Part shown: piece after piece, positions 59,422-64,000 of the stretch
Numbering within the stretch: position 1 is the first letter of the stretch
Layout of the letters: each line of letters opens with the position of its first letter
Source of the DNA: Vulcanimicrobiota bacterium
GTDB lineage: Bacteria > Vulcanimicrobiota > Vulcanimicrobiia > Vulcanimicrobiales > Vulcanimicrobiaceae
Reading direction: 5' to 3'
Length of the DNA: 64,000 bases
NCBI GenBank assembly: GCA_963777315.1
Contig: CAVZQC010000005.1
Location: 128,001-192,000, forward strand
The notes under the pieces: model-generated
Database searches by the model: none
What the model saw: only the letters and a program-made list of their open reading frames with translations
Told to the model about the DNA's origin: nothing
Made by a program: the position numbers and the translations under genes

Positions 59422-61317
59422 CTACCGCGGCCGCACGATAACGATCGCAACGCGCGACTCGTCGGCCCACGCGGCCGCTGCAACCAGCGGACTGGTCAGG
59501 TACGCAAAGGCCTGTGCGATCTCGGCGCGCGAGCAGCCCGCGTGCGTGCCGTTGGCGGCCAGTTTCGCGTCGACGAGCGCGATCGCCACGTCTGCGGTAA
59601 TCGACGCCGCATCCGACCGCGCATTTCCTTGCGCAGCCGTGAGTTGCATCTGCCATCCCTCGCTTCGCAGATAGCTGCAGATAATCGTTAAGCGCTTCAC
59701 GCTGCCGTGTTGGCGTGCCCACAGCAATTCGCCAACGCGATCCGCTGCCAAGCCCGGCGCAAGCATGTCGCGCAGTTCGACGGCGGTAGCGCCGGCGCCG
59801 AGCAGTTGCTGGAGATCCCGGACGGTCCACGCGCTCACGCCGTGTTGTTGTAGTTCCGACGTGAATTCCAGTTCGCCGGGAAAGTCCGGGCCGACGATCG
59901 TGCAATACTGCGCGCCGTACGCATCGCGATACTTGCTGGCTTCAAAGCAGTCCGGCTGCGTGACTTGAGAGCGCGCGGTTTTGCACTCGAGCATGACGCG
60001 GTACTGCAGCGGGCCCAGCACCGCGTCTGCGTAGCCGTCCGGAGCATCGTTTCCGCCCAAGTGCGTCGCGCGAAAGCCCAGCATCGTAAACGCATCGCAA
60101 ACCGCGCGTTCGAACGCAGCGGGATCGTCGCCGTGTGAGGTTTGGCTCAGCCGCGCGCACAGCTCTTCAGCGCCAGGAGCGGGCGGCGGCTGCGGCACCG
60201 CAATCGCCGGCCACGGATCCGGCGGCTCGTTGATGCGAAACCGGCGATCGTCGTCCTGCACGATCAGGGGTTTGCGCTTGCGCCCTTCGGTGCGAGCGAT
60301 GTATTCGATCAGCGCGGTATAGACGTATTTGCGGCTCGTGTGCGGCGGCAGCGTTCCATTTTTGATGGCTTCGGCTAAAATTTCGTCCGCCGACCGCGGG
60401 TGCCCGTCGCTCAGAATGGCCAGCACCGCGTTTAACACGTGACCGCGTTCCGGCGCACTCGAGGGCGTCGTCATCACCGGGTACACGCGCTGGTCGACGC
60501 GTGAGAAGCGTTGATCGTCGATGATGCGTACTTGCGCGCCGAAGACTTCGCCGGCGGTATGAAATCTTTCGGCAAAGCCAGCCGCGCCGATGCTTCCGGC
60601 CCGGACTTTTCCCACCTCGTCCCATTGCAGCGGGGCGCACACGCTCAGCCGCGCATCTCCACGCAAGGTGTACGGCAGCGCGCTAAAGCGTCGCGGCGCA
60701 TTGGAACCGACGTGAACGTGCACGCGATCGTCGTTTCGCACGTTCGGATCGGTAGTAAGCAACGATGGTGCGCGCCGTACGGCTTCATCGGCGATTTCGT
60801 GCAGCCACGCCCGCACGGGCGCGTATTCCGGTGCATCGCAGAACGGCAGCCACAGGCCCATTCCCCGCGCGCCGGCCAGGACCGGAATGGAACGAACCTC
60901 GCGCTCAACAAGGACCTGGTGTATCGCGCGCGCTGCATCGTCCAACATGGGCGCGGCGGCCGTGGCATCCAACTCCAACAGAATGCGCGCGAACCGCAGG
61001 CGAAGCGGGTCGTTCGCCGTGGGCGTCCAGCTGTGAAATTCGACGGCGGAATCGCGGTGGCAGAGCCACAGCAGCGCGTTGGCGCTCAGTCCGACGTAGC
61101 AATCGCGCACGCCGCCGACGTCGACCTGCACCGATGCAATGGTTTTCGGCAGAGGCTTCGAAGTGGGGCCGTGCCATTGAGGCGTTGCGCTAAAGCCGTG
61201 GGGAAAACTGACCGCAACGACGGGAATCGCTCCGAAGAGGCGCTCGAGGAGCGGCGCCACGAGATCGTAGTGCGCCAGGACGGGAACCGTCGATGGTTCG
61301 TGCTGCAAGACATCCAT
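59422..61317 (-). CDS. Fusion protein: degenerate LigD/Prim-PolC-like AEP domain + winged HTH + PD-(D/E)xK (Mrr-like) endonuclease
   Basis: YDLVAPLL..PVVAVSFPHG, VEFHSW, ALPYTLRG, SVCAPLQWDEV (LigD Pol-like); AVLAILSDGHPRSADEI (HTH); FERAVCDAF..LGF..LGG..APDG..MLECKT (nuclease). Confidence 0.8.
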   Translation of the reverse strand: MDVLQHEPSTVPVLAHYDLVAPLLERLFGAIPVVAVSFPHGFSATPQWHGPTSKPLPKTIASVQVDVGGVRDCYVGLSANALLWLCHRDSAVEFHSWTPTANDPLRLRFARILLELDATAAAPMLDDAARAIHQVLVEREVRSIPVLAGARGMGLWLPFCDAPEYAPVRAWLHEIADEAVRRAPSLLTTDPNVRNDDRVHVHVGSNAPRRFSALPYTLRGDARLSVCAPLQWDEVGKVRAGSIGAAGFAERFHTAGEVFGAQVRIIDDQRFSRVDQRVYPVMTTPSSAPERGHVLNAVLAILSDGHPRSADEILAEAIKNGTLPPHTSRKYVYTALIEYIARTEGRKRKPLIVQDDDRRFRINEPPDPWPAIAVPQPPPAPGAEELCARLSQTSHGDDPAAFERAVCDAFTMLGFRATHLGGNDAPDGYADAVLGPLQYRVMLECKTARSQVTQPDCFEASKYRDAYGAQYCTIVGPDFPGELEFTSELQQHGVSAWTVRDLQQLLGAGATAVELRDMLAPGLAADRVGELLWARQHGSVKRLTIICSYLRSEGWQMQLTAAQGNARSDAASITADVAIALVDAKLAANGTHAGCSRAEIAQAFAYLTSPLVAAAAWADESRVAIVIVRPR

Positions 61318-61407
61318 ATCAGGCGCCTACTTGGCTGCCGGTTGTCTGCTTACCTGCCTGCTCCGTCGAGTTCCTGGCGCCCCGTCCCATGCGGGTACAG
61401 AGTCTGC

Positions 61408-62448
61408 GTGAACCTGGGAATCGGTTTGGACTTTCCCCCGATGGAAGCGCAGACGGCCAAGTCGCTGCCGCATGAGCCCAACTACCAATTCGAGCCCAAA
61501 TGGGATGGGTTTCGCGCGTTGTGCTTCAGGGACGGCGACGACGTGGCCCTGCAATCGAAATCCGGCCAGTCGTTGGCGCGCTACTTTCCCGAACTGGTGG
61601 CGGCGACAAAAGCGCTCAAGTGCGAGCGCTTCGTCATCGACGGCGAGATCGTCGTGCCGGTCGAGGATCGCTTGGACTTCGATCAGTTGCTGCAGCGCAT
61701 CCACCCTGCCGCCAGCCGCGTCTCGATGTTGTCGGCTCGATACCCCGCAACGTATGTCGTTTTCGATATCCTCGTCGACGAGCGCGCAAAACCGTTGTAT
61801 CAGTTACGGTTGAACGAACGTCGCTCCGCTCTGGACGACTTCGCGCACAAATTTCTGCAAGATCAGCCGAGGTTCAAGTTGTCTCCGGTAACCGCAGACC
61901 GCCGAGTCGCCGAACGGTGGTATTCGTCCGTCGGCGGAGCTTTAGACGGCGTTATCGCCAAGCGTACGGACATTGCGTACTCTTCCGGCGACCGCCGCGG
62001 GATGCTCAAGATAAAGCGGCTGCGAACTGCCGATTGCGTGGTGGGCGGTTTTCGCCTGGCAAACGACGGAGCCTCGCTCGGCTCGTTGCTGCTGGGTCTC
62101 TACGACGGCGACGGCGCGCTCGACTACGTCGGTTTCACATCCGGCTTTTCCGCCGCGGAGAAGAAGTCGCTATTGAAAAAGCTGAACGATCTCAAGACCG
62201 ACGTCTCGTTCACGGCGCGCACGCCCGGCGGTCCGAGCCGGTGGAACCGCGGCAAAGAAACGGCGTGGGTTCCGGTCAAACCTTCGATCGTTTTGGAGGT
62301 CGAGTTCGATCACGTCAGCGGCGGACGTTTTCGCCACGGAACGCGGCCGCTGCGCTTCCGTCCCGATAAATCCCCAAAGCAGTGCACGATGGAACAGCTG
62401 AATCAGCCGATCGGCACATCGCCGTTTTCGCTCGCCGCCGCGGACTAA
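61408..62448 (+). CDS. ligC: ATP-dependent DNA ligase (LigC type)
   Basis: EPKWDGFR, DGEIV, FDIL, DGVIAK, KIKRLRTADCVVGG, GGPSRW, RFRHG, RPDK. Confidence 0.9.
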   Translation: MNLGIGLDFPPMEAQTAKSLPHEPNYQFEPKWDGFRALCFRDGDDVALQSKSGQSLARYFPELVAATKALKCERFVIDGEIVVPVEDRLDFDQLLQRIHPAASRVSMLSARYPATYVVFDILVDERAKPLYQLRLNERRSALDDFAHKFLQDQPRFKLSPVTADRRVAERWYSSVGGALDGVIAKRTDIAYSSGDRRGMLKIKRLRTADCVVGGFRLANDGASLGSLLLGLYDGDGALDYVGFTSGFSAAEKKSLLKKLNDLKTDVSFTARTPGGPSRWNRGKETAWVPVKPSIVLEVEFDHVSGGRFRHGTRPLRFRPDKSPKQCTMEQLNQPIGTSPFSLAAAD

Positions 62449-62563
62449 GGCTCTACTTCACAATAATGTCGACTTTGCTCTTCGATAGCTTCGATTGCGC
62501 TCGTTCCTTCAAAGACGCGCATTTGGTCGCCTTTTGCGCTGGTCTCCGCCCCGAGTGTATTCG

Positions 62564-64000
62564 TTATGGCGCTGCGAAAGTTAGATCGCTTGCATAGCCG
62601 CTGGCAAAGTTGCCGCTCGTGAAGACCTGATTACCATCTGTGTCGTAGACTTGTATAATGCCCTGACCCGAAACGTACAGATGCGAATTGCTCGGATCGA
62701 ACGCGACCCATCTCGGGAAATGAAGGTTGGCGAACGATCCGCTCGTCGTAATTGCGTTACCGTTCCGATCGTAGACCAAGAGCGTGGGAGGACTAAAGTT
62801 GTAGATCGCTGCGTACACCCGGCCCTTGAGATCGAACGCGGTGTCTACGGCACCGGTGCTGTTTGGGAAGGATCCGGCCGTGGTGATTTGGTTGCCATTC
62901 TCATCATAAGCCCTGATCGGTTGATCGAATTCTAAGTACAAACGGCGCGTAGTCGGATCAAACGAAATGCCGGCTGATACTCCCTGATCTGCGAATGAAC
63001 CCGGCGACGGGAGTTGTTCGCCGTTCTGATCATAGACTGTGATGAAATCGCTGTTTGAAATATAATTCGAAATGTACAATCGGCCCTTGCTGGAGTCAAC
63101 GGCAAGGTCCTGAGAGAATTCGGTGTTTGGAAACGATCCGGTGGTCGAGACTTGATTGCCGTTCTGATCGTAAACCGCAATCGAGTTGGTCCTGGTCGCC
63201 CCATTGCTGTTCAGCACATACAGGTGACCGTTGAGCGAGTCGAAATCAATGGCGTACGGTTCAATGAGATCCAAGAACGGCCCAGTCGTCACAATTCTGT
63301 TGCCGTTCTCATCGTAGACCATTATCGTGTCACTTGTGGTGTTGGTCACGTAGAGCGCCGGGGTCGGTGCGAGCAGCGCTTGCCCGGTGCAGCCGCAGCT
63401 GTGGAGAGTCGCCGTCACGATGCCTGGCGCGTTGGGTTCGGCCATAGCAATGGGCAGGAAGCTGAAGACGTTACCGCCCAACGGCGTTATTTTTACGACG
63501 TTCGAGGTGAGCGTTATCGAGGACGCGTTGTCCGGGCTGACGATCGCGTTGCCGTCGGCATCCTCCGGAGTCACGGCGAATTTTTCCGCCTGCGGGCCGA
63601 CGAGCTCGTAAACGTTTTTGTTTGCCTGCGTAATGGGAATCACGAACGGCTGAGAGCCGCTCGGCGCCAGCACAATTTTCGTGCACAAGCCCTCGAGTAA
63701 GGCGGTGATCGCGTTGCTTTGCCCGGCAATGATTCGCCGTCCGACCGTTACCCATGCAAGAAGCTTGCCGGCGCCGTTTGGTTGATCCCAAGCCTCGATC
63801 AGGAACGAGTCGGTACCGGGCGGGGCGTCGATAGTGATGGTTGTCGTTGCCGCCGCCGCCCGGGACGGTGGCGCATTCGCAACGACGGTAGGCTTCGTTG
63901 CATTGTTGACCGTAATGGAAACGCTCCGCGTCGAGGCCGAGACGGAGCCGACTCCCGTTGGCGCCCCCCAATGCATGGTGAACGTAGCACTCGTCGTACC
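62564..64000 (-). CDS. Surface/secreted protein with NHL-like beta-propeller repeats (5' end beyond the window)
   Basis: Frame open to the window end; repeats of about 45 aa, VYD(E/Q)NGNQxxTxGSFxN; N-terminal Ig-like segment. Confidence 0.78.
   Translation of the reverse strand, partial: GTTSATFTMHWGAPTGVGSVSASTRSVSITVNNATKPTVVANAPPSRAAAATTTITIDAPPGTDSFLIEAWDQPNGAGKLLAWVTVGRRIIAGQSNAITALLEGLCTKIVLAPSGSQPFVIPITQANKNVYELVGPQAEKFAVTPEDADGNAIVSPDNASSITLTSNVVKITPLGGNVFSFLPIAMAEPNAPGIVTATLHSCGCTGQALLAPTPALYVTNTTSDTIMVYDENGNRIVTTGPFLDLIEPYAIDFDSLNGHLYVLNSNGATRTNSIAVYDQNGNQVSTTGSFPNTEFSQDLAVDSSKGRLYISNYISNSDFITVYDQNGEQLPSPGSFADQGVSAGISFDPTTRRLYLEFDQPIRAYDENGNQITTAGSFPNSTGAVDTAFDLKGRVYAAIYNFSPPTLLVYDRNGNAITTSGSFANLHFPRWVAFDPSNSHLYVSGQGIIQVYDTDGNQVFTSGNFASGYASDLTFAAP

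Noticed and set aside
60511..61407. N-terminal 299 aa of the 645-aa ligase ORF as an extra domain
   Set aside because: It is antisense to the AEP-nuclease gene; ligase similarity begins at ~61408

Overview
High-GC bacterial chromosome segment. Gene content and the style of the secreted proteins suggest Candidatus Eremiobacterota/Vulcanimicrobiota, but this is an inference. Core blocks: tRNA-fMet, add-mntR-rhomboid-dinG-S1/P1 nuclease, acs, CIRCE-hrcA-dnaJ-rsmE, and ppm-accD-accA-ftsB-like-ppx. Accessory blocks: (i) a defence islet at about 12.4-20.4 kb with a decayed AbiEi/AbiEii pair, an intact type I R-M system (hsdR-S-M) and a DUF4258-DUF2283-Zn-finger operon; (ii) a metal/redox region with Ni/Co transporters, two DUF4331 genes cut off by an IS256 scar, an orphan RND pump with PadR, a cytochrome c-PQQ dehydrogenase fusion, a P1B ATPase and decayed vapBC; (iii) a probable general-stress region with SigB-like promoters, a histone-like DUF6496 protein and a carbamoyltransferase/GT9/GT4/GmhB glycan cluster facing ugd-uxs-SDR; (iv) a RelE/XRE toxin-antitoxin pair, a tRNA 3'-end remnant, and a divergent pair made of a LigC-type ligase and a 631-aa protein. 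That protein fuses an apparently catalytically dead LigD/Prim-PolC-like domain to a winged HTH and a PD-(D/E)xK nuclease, and is the best candidate for an undescribed system. No CRISPR array, rRNA or intact integrase/transposase was seen. All family assignments come from recognising motifs by eye, not from database searches.
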